A stretch of DNA of 64,000 nt from Octopus vulgaris (taxonomy: Eukaryota). Shown piece after piece: positions 1 to 12,840 of this stretch. The translations under genes and the position numbers were made by a program. Where the stretch lies: NCBI GenBank assembly GCA_951406725.2, contig OX597832.1, positions 24,552,001 through 24,616,000 of the forward strand. The letters run 5' to 3'. Each line of letters starts with the position of its first letter. Positions within the stretch are counted from its first letter, which is position 1. Under the pieces are notes generated by a model that had not been told where the DNA came from, made no database searches, and was given only the letters and a program-made list of their open reading frames with translations.

Positions 1-665
1 TCTGTCCTTTTTTGTCCCCTCTACATTTAGCCCCTTGCGGGCAATAAAGAAATAAGAAACGTTAGCACGCCGGGCGAAATGCTTTGCGGTATTTCGTCTG
101 CCGCTACGTTCTGAGTTGAAATTCCGCGGAGGTCGACTTTGCCCTTCATCTTTCGGGGTCGATTAAATAAGTACCAGTTACGCACTGAGGTCAATATAAT
201 CGACTTAATCCGTTTGTCTGTCCTTTTTTGTCCCCTCTACATTTAGCCCCTTATGGGCAATAAAGAAATAAGGAACGTTAGCACGCCGGGCGAAATGCTT
301 TGCGGTATTTCGTCTGCCGCTACGTTCTGAGTTGAAATTCCGCGGAGGTCGACTTTGCCCTTCATCTTTCGGGGTCGATTAAATAAGTACCAGTTACGCA
401 CTGAGGTCGATATAATCGACTTAATCCGTTTGCCTGTCCTTTTTTTTGTCCTCTCTGTGTTTAGCTCCTTGTGGGCAGTAAAGAAATTGGTATTTCGTCT
501 GATTTAAAGTTCTGAGTTCGAAATCCGTTGAGATCGACATTCATTTTTTCAGGGGCGATTAAATGAGTACCAGTTGCGCACTGCCGTCGACGTAAACGAC
601 TTAATCCCTTTGTCTGTCCTTCTTTTTTCCCCTCTAAATTTAGTCCCTGTGGGCAATAAAAAAAT
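1..665 (+). mobile_element. Head-to-tail array of a tRNA-derived SINE (Nin/Deu-domain-like), ~216-bp period, in intron 2 of paralogue A
   Basis: The unit GTTAGCACGCCGGGCGAAATGC...GTCGACTTTGCCCTTCATCTTTCGGGGTCGATTAAATAAGTACCAG recurs at 61 and 277, with a diverged unit from ~490. The GTCGACT..CATC..CGGGGTCG..AAGTACC block resembles the Nin-domain of invertebrate SINEs. Confidence 0.7.
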
Positions 666-789
666 AAGCAACAACAAATACATACGCTGTCACAGCATCT
701 ATCTTCACGTGATTAAATTATGCCATATTTCTAACACAGCCAAATCGTTTCTTTCATTTCAATATTTCTTTCTTATTCCTTTACCATAG

Positions 790-889
790 GTGCGGTGTAA
801 TGAGTATAGCGAACTGTAGCGAACTGGTGCCAGTCAACCCTACTGCAAACTACCCGGCTTGTTGTGAAAAAATGTGTAAACCCGAATAA
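790..889 (+). CDS. Last coding exon (exon 3) of SVWC-like cysteine-rich secreted peptide, paralogue A (upstream exons outside window)
   Basis: A polypyrimidine tract and CATAG acceptor end at 789. Read in phase 2, the exon gives CGVMSIANCSELVPVNPTANYPACCEKMCKPE*. It is identical in sequence to exon 3 of paralogue B (19318-19417). Confidence 0.85.
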
Positions 890-951
890 ACACAGAACGG
901 ATTTCTTTATTTCGTGGAAAAGATTTTAAAGTCTGACTTTAGATTCGTTAT

Positions 952-974
952 AATAAATTCTCTGCATGAATAAA
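952..974 (+). promoter_or_regulatory. Twin AATAAA polyadenylation signals, paralogue A
   Basis: AATAAA at 952-957 and 969-974, ~65-85 nt after the stop. The pair is conserved in paralogues B and C. Confidence 0.65.
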
Positions 975-1003
975 TTGAATTAATTACGATAATGATTTTA
1001 AAA

Positions 1004-1055
<52 letters not shown>

Positions 1056-1240
1056 TTGCGTTGCATCTTGATCGTGTTTATATGTGGACTTGTTTCTTTT
1101 AGTTTCAAAACATCCTCTTGTTTCAGACTGGTTTAGAAACCAGTCTGCAATGCTGGAATATGATACCAAATAACGATTCGAGTGTATGTGTGTGTATGAC
1201 CGTATATATGTCTGTACACACACACACACACACACACATG

Positions 1241-1779
<539 letters not shown>

Positions 1780-1899
1780 CATATACATATATACATATAC
1801 ATATATATATATATATATGTATATATATTTCTATACACACACACATAACACACACATATATATATATACATATACATATATATATATAGATCAAAACAG

Positions 1900-4609
1900 A
1901 TTGATTCATAGTCCTTGGTACCTCGTCTATTGGGGTCTGAATGAGAGTTTACCACTGAATGAATGTTTACCACTGGACGTCAGCTTGCGATTGGTCGAGG
2001 AAGTTTACGCAGAATAGCAGTTTGATGTTGGTATTTCATCGACAACAATTACTTGGAAGTTACCGCAGGTGAACCGGGAATGTACCGCGCGTTGAACAGG
2101 GGATCGACAGCGTGGTGGACAGGAAATTGGTCGTGTGGTTGGGTGGGGATCGGAAGTGGCGTTTCATGTGGGGGTATGTATATAAGTACATGTATATGAC
2201 CATATATCTGCATTTATGAATCCTTACTTATACGAGTGTGTATGTGTGCTTGAACATACATTCACACACTCACTCTCTCACGCGTGCACACGCACATACA
2301 CGCATACACGAAGGCACACACTCACACGCGCACACAGGCGTGCATATATATACACATACACATGCACACACATACACACACGAACACACGCTAACACACG
2401 CATGCACACCTTTATCTCCATGTACATATGCACATGAGCACATGCACACACAAGTGTGCACGTGTACATATATGCACATGTACAGGTGCATATGTATATG
2501 AATGCGTGCGCGAATGTACGCTCGCGCACACACATCCGTGTGCATGCATACAGGGAGCCGGTGCATATGCGCACTCCCGCACATGCGCACTCGCGCTCAT
2601 GTACTCCTGTGGTCATGTATAAGGGTTGATGTACAAAGGCTGAGAATATGCGGGTAGACAGGCATTAAGATGTACTGAAGACTGGCGACTTGCGGTGCAG
2701 CTCATTGGGGTTAATTTGCGACGGTAACCTTGGTGCAGGCGGTGCTAGGGGTGGGTGTTTCTAAGGAGGTTTATCCGGGCCGTCGGCAGCTAGAGACCTG
2801 AAATTTACCAGAACGGTGTACCTCTGGTGACAGCAATACGATATTTTTTGTTGATGGATATTGCGGGTTGGTAGATGATACACAGTTTTTCACGGAGGCA
2901 CAGCTGGTAATTCGGGGGTCTGCGTGTATGTGGTAGCGCCTTGTCGATGATAATCCACTTGCTACTGGGCATTTCCTATCGATGATCTCGAAGGCTTCAG
3001 AGAAAGCTTTCTTTTACGAGAACCCTTCCATTACTACATCTGCGGATAAGTTTTGCTTTAAATCCCGGAAGTGGCCCTCCCTGGGTAAGAAAGGCATTGA
3101 GAACTTCGAGACTGACCTATGGAACATTATAAAGATGGTGAGGTTTCGGCATTATTCTAACCCCTTCCTTAAATCCTTAAATGACTATATGACCAGTATT
3201 AAACAATCTCTCAATATCCTCACAAACAAAGCAAATGAAACAAACAATTCCACCCATTCAAGATTCCCCACAAGCGCCATCACCAAACATACAAAAAAAC
3301 CCTCGCGATTTCACATAAAATTGCATAAACAAAGAATCTATGGATCTGGATACCCACCTTAAGATAGAGGATCGTACAGATCGCCTCGCCCCGTGACCCT
3401 CCACCATATTACACTTAAGGACCATAAGCCTAATTTCCATCCCAACCCCAAATGCAAGCAGACCAACTCCTCTAAAAGCGAGATCGGTATCATTTGCAAG
3501 TATAGTCTCGATACTATCAACTCTGACATCAGAAAGGCTACAGGGTTGACTTAATGGAACTCCATCGCAGCTGTGACAGACTGGTTCCATGATATCGAGA
3601 ATAAATCAGCCCACAAATTCACCCAGTTCGACATCGTTGACTTCTACCCTTCCATATCTAAGCCTCTCCCCCTGAAGGCCCTAGCTTCTGCTGGACAATT
3701 TACCAGCATTAATGATCGTGATATGGGAATCATCATGAATGCTAGAAAGTCAATTGTGGTCCATGACGATTCCTTTTGTGTGAAGAAAGAAGGTGTTCCA
3801 TTTTTTGATGTTTCTATGGGGAGTTTGATGGGCCCGAAATCGCTGACCACATCGGGTTATACATTTTGGGTACCCTCAAGAAATATACACATCTGCAAGA
3901 AACGTACTCATCCTCTATAGGGACTATAGTCTGGCTATCTCAAGCCATATAAATGGCCACACCATGGACAGGTTGAGGAAGACTTGATAAAATGTTTAGC
4001 CTGTCCATAACGATTACTACCAAGCTGATTACGGTCGTTTAATTGGACGTAACCTTGGACTTGAACATGGACAAATACTACCCCTACAGAAAGCCTAATG
4101 AAGAAAACAGTATATACCCCCATCCCGCTGTGATTAGGAAAAGGAAAATAATCTGGTATAACCCCTACCCTTTACACTAGAATTTTCAAACAACGTAGCC
4201 TGGGGCTTCTTGTTGTTAATAAAGAAACATTTCTCCAGTGGCCATATGTATTACACACTTTTCAACCCCCATAATGTCAAGGCAAGCTACTCTTACTTAG
4301 ATATCGCATCCAACATCGAATGTATTAACAGATGTAAAAACGCACCCACACAACCCAACCCCAGCCTGTAACTTTCGAAATCCTACCATTTGCCATCTCG
4401 GAAGATCCTGACTCTCAAGGGCTTTAGTATACAGAGCTTCCCTTACACCATCCGATGGCATTACTTTGCGGCCTCCAAGACGAAGCATCCAGCATGAAGT
4501 GGACTATTATCGACAGGGCACCACAATATTCACCCAGTGCCCTTAATTGCTAGCTGCTCCTTCGTGAAAATTTGCATATTATCTTCTAACCAGCAATATC
4601 CATCAACAA
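1900..4609 (+). mobile_element. Degenerate Penelope-like retroelement preceded by an inverted 3'-end segment; truncated at 4609
   Basis: RT motif WFHDIENKSAHKFTQFDIVDFYPSISK (3573-3920), KIIWYNP and KHFSSGH..LFNPHNVKASYS motifs, many stops and frameshifts. The ~2620-2980 segment matches the inverted 3'-end segment seen in the duplicate copy. Confidence 0.8.
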
Positions 4610-4610
4610 C

Positions 4611-6540
4611 ATTAGCATAAACTGTGGAATTTTCCAAGGTGACTCACTTTCAGCACTAATATTCTGTATAGCACTAATACCACTCTCAAGTGAATTGAAT
4701 AGAACAGGATATGGCTATAAAATTGACAACAAGAAAATAAGCCATCTATTTTATTTGGATGACTTAAAGCTATATGGCAAAGATGATGAAGAGCTTGAAG
4801 GATTATAACATACTGTGAAAGGATTCAGTGATGATATCGGGATGGAGTTTGGCCTTGAAAAGTGTGCCAAAGCCACTTTTAAGAAAGGGAAATTGGTAAA
4901 GTCTAGTTCAATCGAATTAGATGTCGAAATAGTAATAAAGGAACTTGAGCAGGAACAAACCTATAAATACCTAGGAATAAATGAAGGCTCTGGTATCCAG
5001 CATGCAAGCATGAAAGAGAAAGTTAGGAAAGAATGTTATAGAAGAGTCCGAGCAGTCCTGAAGTCTGAGCTGAATGCATATAATAAGGTTTTAGCCATAA
5101 ATTCCTTAGCAGTACCAGTTGTTCTCTATAGCTTCAATGTGCTTAACTGGAATACTAGTGAAATAATGAATATTGACAGGAAAATCCGCAAGCTACTGAC
5201 TTGTAATGAGATGCACCGTCCAAAGGCAGACGTGGATCGCCTTTACCTTCCCAGAGGTCAGGGCGTTCGAGGTTTGATCTAGCTTGAACTTACATACAAA
5301 ACCACCACAATCGGACTGGCCAAATACCTTGAGGCAACCAACGATTGGATGCTAAAACTTGTTGAAAAACATGAAAGGCCTAAAAAACTTCACTCTATTC
5401 TAAAAGAGAGCAAAAAATTCGCTGCTGATCTCTTAGAGACCTATCAGATTGAGCAGGCTGAATGAAATGCGCCAACTGCAGCTGCAAAGAAAATAAAATT
5501 AATTGCAAAGACAAAAGCACACGAAAATTTAGCTAGCAGATGGGAAGAGAAACCTCTCGATGGCAAGTATGTGGCCCGTAGCAAACAAGCTGATGTCGAC
5601 CAGAAACACACACTCCAATGGTTAAGAAGTTCAGGGCTAAAAGCAGAGAGTGAAGGTTTCATATTAGCTACTCAAGACCAAAGCTTATTTACCCGGAACT
5701 ACTAAGCCAATGTGATGAAAAATGGAGCTGACCCAAAATGCCGATTCTGTAACGATGAGATTGAAACAATAGACCACCTAATCTCAGGGTGTAGAGTCTT
5801 AGCACCTGCAGAATATAAAGCAAGACATGACAGAGTCGGCCAGTATCTACACTGGACAATATGTCGGCATTATAAAATCAAAACCACTGACAAATAGTAT
5901 AAACATCATCCTGAAGCTGTGACTGAGGGAGAAAATGTGACGATTCTATGGGACTTCCCCGTGTAGACCGACAGGAATATAAAAGCCAATAAACCGGATA
6001 TCATTATAAAAGATCAGACAAAAAGGATGTGTTTATTAATTGACATGAGTATTCCCTGTGATCACAGTATAGCGGCGAAAGAATTTGACAAGATTAGTAA
6101 ATATAAAGTCCTGCTAATGGAAATTGAAAATATGTGGCATCTCAAGGCGACTACAGTATCAGTGATTGTAGGATCTCTAGGAATGATAAAAAAAGGTACT
6201 GAAACATATTTGAAAATGATTCTAGGTTTACCATCCCTACAGGAAGTGCAAAAAATCGTATTAACTGGAACGGCTCATGTACTGAGAAGAGCACTATCGC
6301 TGTGAAAATAACATCCATCCATGAATTTATTTATTTATTAATTTTAAAATACATATTTTACCTGTGAATTTGCGCGTGTAATCTGGGAATGCATACAATG
6401 CCCTTCTCTGCCCTAGGTGTATGGAAAACACTCGGCGAGAAACGGAAGAAAATTTGAAGAAAGAAGGAAAAAACATAATAATAACAACAACAACAACAAC
6501 AATAATAAAAATAATAATAATAATAATAATAATAAGAAGA
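4611..6540 (+). mobile_element. 5'-truncated non-LTR retrotransposon with restriction-like endonuclease (R4/Dong-type), copy A
   Basis: GIFQGDSLS, HLFYLDDLKLY, YKYLGI, CCHC knuckle CRFCNDEIETIDHLISGC, RHD, KPDII and LIDMSIP motifs, with in-frame stops. Ends in a 3' UTR and a (TAA/CAA)n tail at ~6476-6535. Confidence 0.9.
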
Positions 6541-6554
6541 AGAATAAGAATAAG

Positions 6555-9500
6555 AATACACCGGGGGACGTTAATACACCGGGGGACGTAAGAATACACC
6601 GGGGGACGTTTAAGATGTAAGAACGATAAAACAGAGCTATCCACAAACATCGAAAACAAGGACATCGTATGGAGCCAAAGATTTACTAACAAAGGATTGG
6701 ACTGTATCCGAGTAAGTAATACTCATTGAAAGTTATTACTATTTTCGAAACGAAATGATGTATTTTGACTCGATATCATCTCCACCTCTAACACAACACA
6801 TGTATAAATGCGTGAAACATTACGATCCATCAACACCAGATTATCCCCGACCCCAAACACCATGTACAAAGGAACTACGAAGAAATTAGATACCACCGAT
6901 ATTATTCAACCCAAGAATAACAATCGAGAGGTATGTACTTTAAACTTACAACACAAAATGTACGAAAAACTACACGTGCAAAACAATGTGACAACAGAAA
7001 TGAACGGACCGGTACCCTACGAAAATGACGACCGTCAAAATAATGGGCCGGTCGTGTTCCTCATGTCCCGCAAATAAAACCCAAAAGACATAAATGGACA
7101 CGTGAGGAATACATTTCTATCCTACACGCATACTTCACAGCAGTACTCTACCCAAAAAATGAAAACACAACAAAACATACATATAAAATATGGAAGGAAA
7201 ATAACATAAATATAGACTTGGATACAGCAATGAACCCTAATAAATTAGCTAACGTACTAAGATACATTCTCAACGGAAAAAATATCAGAAATAGAAGTAG
7301 AACATAATACACCAGGAAAATGTAGATAGAAGCCACACAACAATGCCCAATAAATATAAACACTGAAACAGTAAAACACGAAGACAAACGTAACATTTCC
7401 AACAAACACGATGTAAAGAAAAAACAACAAACCCAGACCGTAAGGATGCATAATAATACACGACAAACAGCAAGCCAAAACACGGCAAACAAACATATAA
7501 ATAAGAAAGAAAGCGACACAAAGCTAAAACCTGGAAACAACGAAAGGGAGCCTAATGATTATGATAATATAAAAAGTAAAATAATCAAAGAACTGAAAAC
7601 CACAGAGCTCAAAATGGACCACCGACCATACCTCCCAAAAATCAAAATAGACGAAACAACAACACCAATTATAAACAGCATAAACCTAGCCGTCACGGAA
7701 CTAATAGCCACTGAAACAAAAAGCGATATCACTGAGCTAAATGACTTAGTATACGCAGCAGCCACTGCAGCCACAAAAGAGGCTGGATACTCACTCAAAC
7801 CCATCTAAACTAGAGTACCACCACCCAAACAAACCCTGTGGATAAATAACATCCAAAACAAAATACAAAAAATGAGAAAAGATCAGTCGGTTCTTAATTA
7901 AATCAGTAGACAATCAACGCTACGGAGCAACAAAAAGAAAACAAAAATACTCCGCAAATATACCATCACAGAAAAAGATTTACCTGAGATAAAAGAAAAG
8001 CTGAAGCAAGATATCCTTGCCAAAGCACAAAGGATCCGCCGGTACGAGAAACGTCAGTGCGTCTTTGAACAAAACAAAATGTTCAACTCCAACCCCAAAA
8101 AGTTCTACCAAGAACTTGGCAAAAATAAAATAGAAATCACTGCAGCACCAACGGCAGAAGAAGTGGAAGAATTCTGGAGAGAAATATGGTCGGCGAACGA
8201 ACAACCAAAAGAAAGGAGTATTAAAACAACATACTCAGCATCTGAGCAACTCTGGACCCCCATAACAACTGAAGAGGTCACCCAGGCACTGCAAAGACTA
8301 AGCAACTGGAAGGCACCTGGGCATGACAAGATTCCCAACTTATGGTTGAAATATCTAACAGGAATGCACAAAAAGCTAGCTGAAAACTTTAACATACTAG
8401 CAGAGCCAGAGACAATGCCTGAATGGCTCACGAAGGGGAAAACTATCTTAATTCCCAAATCAAATGAGACAGCAAAACCAGAAAACTACAGACCAATAAC
8501 CTGTCTCCCTACAATGTACTGCAGTGATATCGCAAAGGTTGAACAAGCACCTAGACGAAAACAACCTGTTTCCAGAAGAGCAGAAAGGATGCCGCAAAGG
8601 CTCATATGGCTGTAAAGATCAACTAATGATTAATAAAGCCATAACTGAAGACAGCCACAGAAAGAAGAAAGGCCTCAGTATGGCCTGTATCGACTACAAA
8701 AAGGCTTTTAATAGCATCCCCCACACACGGATCCTCGAAACACTAGGCATTAACAAAGTAGCACCAACAATTATAAAATTCATAGGGCACTCTATAAATA
8801 GCAAACTTTGCTACAGCTCCAAACAAAAGAGGGACTCATGAAAACCAAAGCCATCCCCATTAGAAGGGGAATATTCCAGGGAGACACGCTCTCTCCACTC
8901 CTTTTCTGCTTGGCACTGTCACCTCTATCTGATATGCTAAATAGAACTGGATGCGGATATAAATGTTACGGCGAAACGATCAGCCACCTTTTATATATGG
9001 ATGACCTAAAACTATACGCTGAAAATGACAAACAGCTGGAAACACTATTAAAGACAGTTCATGGATTTACCAAAGAAATAGATATGAAATTTGGATTAGA
9101 AAAATGCGCCAAAGTAACCATGAAAAGAGGAAAACTAGTTAAGAGTAGCAACATCACACTAGATAAAACCAATGAAATAAAAGAATTAGACCAAAGCCAA
9201 ACTTACAAATACTTAGGAATCCATGAACTAGATAAGATACAACACACACAAATGAAAGAGAAAATAAAAAAAGAATATTATAGACGAGTTAGATCAATAC
9301 TAAAAACAGAACTCAATGCTGAAAACAAGATAATAGGTATTAACACTTTAGCAGTCCCAGTTATAAGTTACAGCTACAATATCCTTAACTGGACACTAAA
9401 TGAACTGACCAAAATAGATAGGAAAACAAGAAAAATAATGACAGGATCTAGGATGCATCACCCAAAATCTGACATAGAAAGACTATATATATACAACGTA

Positions 9501-10649
9501 TAGAAGGTGGTAGAGGCCTTATACAGCTGGAAAACTACTATAAAATAACCACCATACGACTACAAATATATCTACTTCAGCAGGAAGGAAAACTGATACA
9601 AATAGCGGCAAAACACGAGCAAGACAAGAAACTGTTCTCAGTATTTAAGGAAGCTGACAAATACAAACAAGAAATAACACCACCTATTAAATATGAAGAA
9701 GAAGAAGAAGATGAAGAAACAACAAAAGCTATAAAACAAATGAAATCCAAACTAAAAATAGAACAGCAACGAACCATGATAAAACGATGGCAAGAAAAGC
9801 CCCTTCATGGTAAATACTGGACTAAACTAAACGCAAAAGAAATAGACACAGAAAAATCCCAGCAATGGTTGAGAAGTTCAGGACTCAAAGCAGAGACAGG
9901 GGGATTTTTAATTGCAGGACAAGACTAAAGCCTCCCCACCAGAAATTACCAAAAACATGTAATGAAAAGAAATATTACAAGTAACTGCAGAATATGTGGA
10001 GATGGACAAGAAACAATAAATCATATTATCTCTAGCTGCCCAGTCCTGGCTAAGAAGGAATATATTCACAGACATGACAGAGTTGGAACCTACATACATT
10101 GGAAGCTATGCCAACATTATGGAATAACAACAGAAAAAAGATGGTATAGGCACATACCAGAAAAGGTCACAGAAAACGAGAAAGCAACCATACTCTGGGA
10201 TATGCCGATACACACAGATAGAGAAATTAAGGCCAACAGACCAGATATAGTTGTCAGAGACCATGAAGGAAAAAAATGCTTTCTAATTGATGCATCAATA
10301 CCGGCAGATGACAACGTTTCTCTAAAAGAAATCGAGAAATTTTCAAAATACAAAGACCTGGAAATAAAGGTAACCAGAATGTGGAATCTAAAAAGAGAAA
10401 CAATTCCTATCATAGTAGGTGCATTAGGCATGATAAAAAAATATTCAGACAAATACATAACAAAAACACCAGGACTTACAAACGCATATAACATACAGAA
10501 AATCGCACTACTAGGCACTGCACACATCCTACGCAGAACACTTTCCATACAATAACTATCAGAGCATCACAACAAATCACAGCACATACCTAAGGCACAC
10601 AGAGCTGCGCTCGGTAGTGAAGTGAAAGCACGCTATTAATATAAAACTA

Positions 10650-10718
<69 letters not shown>
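6555..10718 (+). mobile_element. Near full-length R4/Dong-type LINE (RT + CCHC + RLE), copy B, degenerate
   Basis: N-terminal RHKWTREEY motif (~7087), NWKAPGHDKI, NYRPITCLPT, EQKGCRKG, IDYKKAF, RRGIFQGDTLSPLLF, YMDDLKLY, CRICGDGQETINHIISSC, RHD, RPDIV and KYKDL. Stop at 10555, (TAA)n tail at 10653-10718. ORF broken by several stops and frameshifts. Confidence 0.92.
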
Positions 10719-10719
<1 letters not shown>

Positions 10720-10733
10720 TTACCATCTCTTAC

Positions 10734-10798
10734 CTCCGCCTAGAAATGCTGCACCGAATGCTAGTTGCACCAGAAATCTTGGGAAGGAAAGAAGTCAT
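10734..10798 (-). pseudogene. Frameshifted signal-peptide exon 1 of a fourth SVWC-like paralogue (inverted)
   Basis: The minus strand reads ATGACTTCTTTCCTTCCCAAGAT-[14-nt deletion of CATCGTGTTTGCAG]-TTCTGGTGCAACTAGCATTCGGTGCA...GGCGGAG|GTAAGA, 65 nt versus 79 nt in B and C. Homologous upstream sequence extends to ~10885. No exon 2 or 3 was found downstream. Confidence 0.8.
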
Positions 10799-11022
10799 TC
10801 TCGTTCAGAAATATAGACTCGTTGACAACGTGAGGTTATGATATGCTTTCAAAGAGTTTATGAACAACATTGGCTGAGACTTCATATATATATATGATTG
10901 CACGTAACTTAGTGGTTATATATACTTATTGTTATGAAAATATATTTGTTGAGTATGGTACTTAAGGTAAAGGCACCAGAATTTAGTATGGTATTATCCA
11001 TATAATTCAAAATGGGGGTGAT

Positions 11023-11196
11023 TATGATCAAAATAAACAACAAGGATATCCAGAGGTAATGCAGTACGATCGTTTCATGCAACTCCATTTAATTGAACAA
11101 TGCAATGTAATATTTGCATAGTTCAATTAAATGGAGTCGCATGAAACGAACGCACTGCATTACCTCTGGATATCCTTGTTCCTTATTTTGATCATA
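11023..11196. repeat. Long near-perfect inverted repeat (~83-bp arms, ~8-nt loop)
   Basis: 11023-11105 is the reverse complement of 11114-11196 with few mismatches. Confidence 0.9.
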
Positions 11197-11919
11197 TATA
11201 TATATATATATATATTCCTCATCTAACCCCCTCTCCCCCTCCTCACCTATCCTTTCTCCCCCGACCCCCACTTCTTCAGTCCTTCATCCTTTCACCCCTA
11301 CTCCCCTTCCCTTCTTCCCTCTTTCTCCCTCCCTCTTCCTCTTCCCTCTGCTCCCTCACTCCCTCTCTCCCCTTCTCTCTCCCCCTCTCCCTCTTTCCTC
11401 CTTCATCCCTCTCCTCCCCTTCCTTCTCCCCATCCTCTCCTCTTCACCCTCCCCTCCCCCTCTTCTTCCCCTCCCCTTCTCCCCCTCTTCTCCCCTCCCC
11501 CTCTTCTCCTCACTACACCACATGACTTTACACATCACATCACATATGATGTGCCATACTAATACACACACCAACTAATACATACTAATACGTACTAATA
11601 CATACTAGTACATACTAATACTTACACCAACCCTATACATACACACGTCCAGACCCCGCATACGCACTTATACTCTCTCACACACACACACACACACACC
11701 TATACATACCAATACGTACTAATACATACTAATACATACTAATACATACACCAACCCCATACATACGCACGTCCAGACCAATCCCACGCACTGATACTCT
11801 CTCATACACACACACACACACACACACACCCTTATACATACTAATACATACACCAACCCTATACATACACATCCAGACCCCTCCCACGCACTTTTAGCTG
11901 GTCCCTCAACCCTATTATC

Positions 11920-12186
11920 TCCCCTTATTTCGCTCTCGCGTCTCATGTTTGATCTTTGACCTCTGGCCGAAATCAGATCGCCATGTTGATTCGTTAGCTA
12001 CTGCACGCATTTTTTTCTCTCCTTCTTTCTGTGTTTTTCTCTCTCTGTGTATCTTTCTGTTGAAGAGCGTAGGCTCGAAACGTTAAAGACTTGTTTTATT
12101 TATATTTCCTGAGCGCCATACTAATACAATTGTTCGTTTGTTTTCCACCTGCCTTCGTCTTTTGTTTATTTTCATAAAGCTTCCCG

Positions 12187-12188
<2 letters not shown>
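11920..12188 (+). mobile_element. Penelope-type terminal repeat (pLTR) remnant with minimal hammerhead-like motif at 12052-12089
   Basis: TCTTT-CTGTTGA-A-GAGC-gtag-GCTC-GAAA-CGT-T-AAAGA. The same family occurs inverted at 30495-30770 and partially at 51838-51950. Confidence 0.7.
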
Positions 12189-12246
<58 letters not shown>

Positions 12247-12840
12247 ATATATATATATATTTATATATATACATATATAATTATACATATGCACATACAT
12301 ATATATACATACAGAGAGAGGGAGAGGGATGCATAAAGGAGTACAGATATATATAGTTATATATATGCATATACCTATAATTCAAGTGGTTATAACCGTT
12401 ATTATTATTATGATTATTATTATTGTCTTTGTTTATCGCCGGGACTAGACGTGTCGCGTGTTCTCTGAGTTATTGAATTGTTTTCATTGTTATCACACCA
12501 TTTGTATTTCCTCTGTTTTTGTACACTGTGTTGTATCTTGAGTTTGACAATAAAGGTCTGGGCAAAGGTTATTGTTATCGGCCCTAAGGGATAAAATTTC
12601 GCGGAGAAAGATTTCTTTCCGAAATACTGTTTACAAAATTCGTTATAGCGGAGAGTGGATGGTGGGCGGTAGTTTTGAAGGTAAAATAGTCTTTCGCTGT
12701 CAATCTCTTCCGGTTGACCTAACAAACATGGATAGAGTTAGTAGCAGTAGAATCGACAGCAGCGGCAGTTGCAGCAACAGTATCAATAACAACTTCTCCA
12801 ACACCAACAAAAACAAAAGGTAGTCATGTGAAAACGTTTC

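Noticed and set aside
1-665. Regularly spaced repeats as a CRISPR-like array
   Set aside because: These are whole ~216-bp SINE units without unique spacers, in a eukaryotic context.
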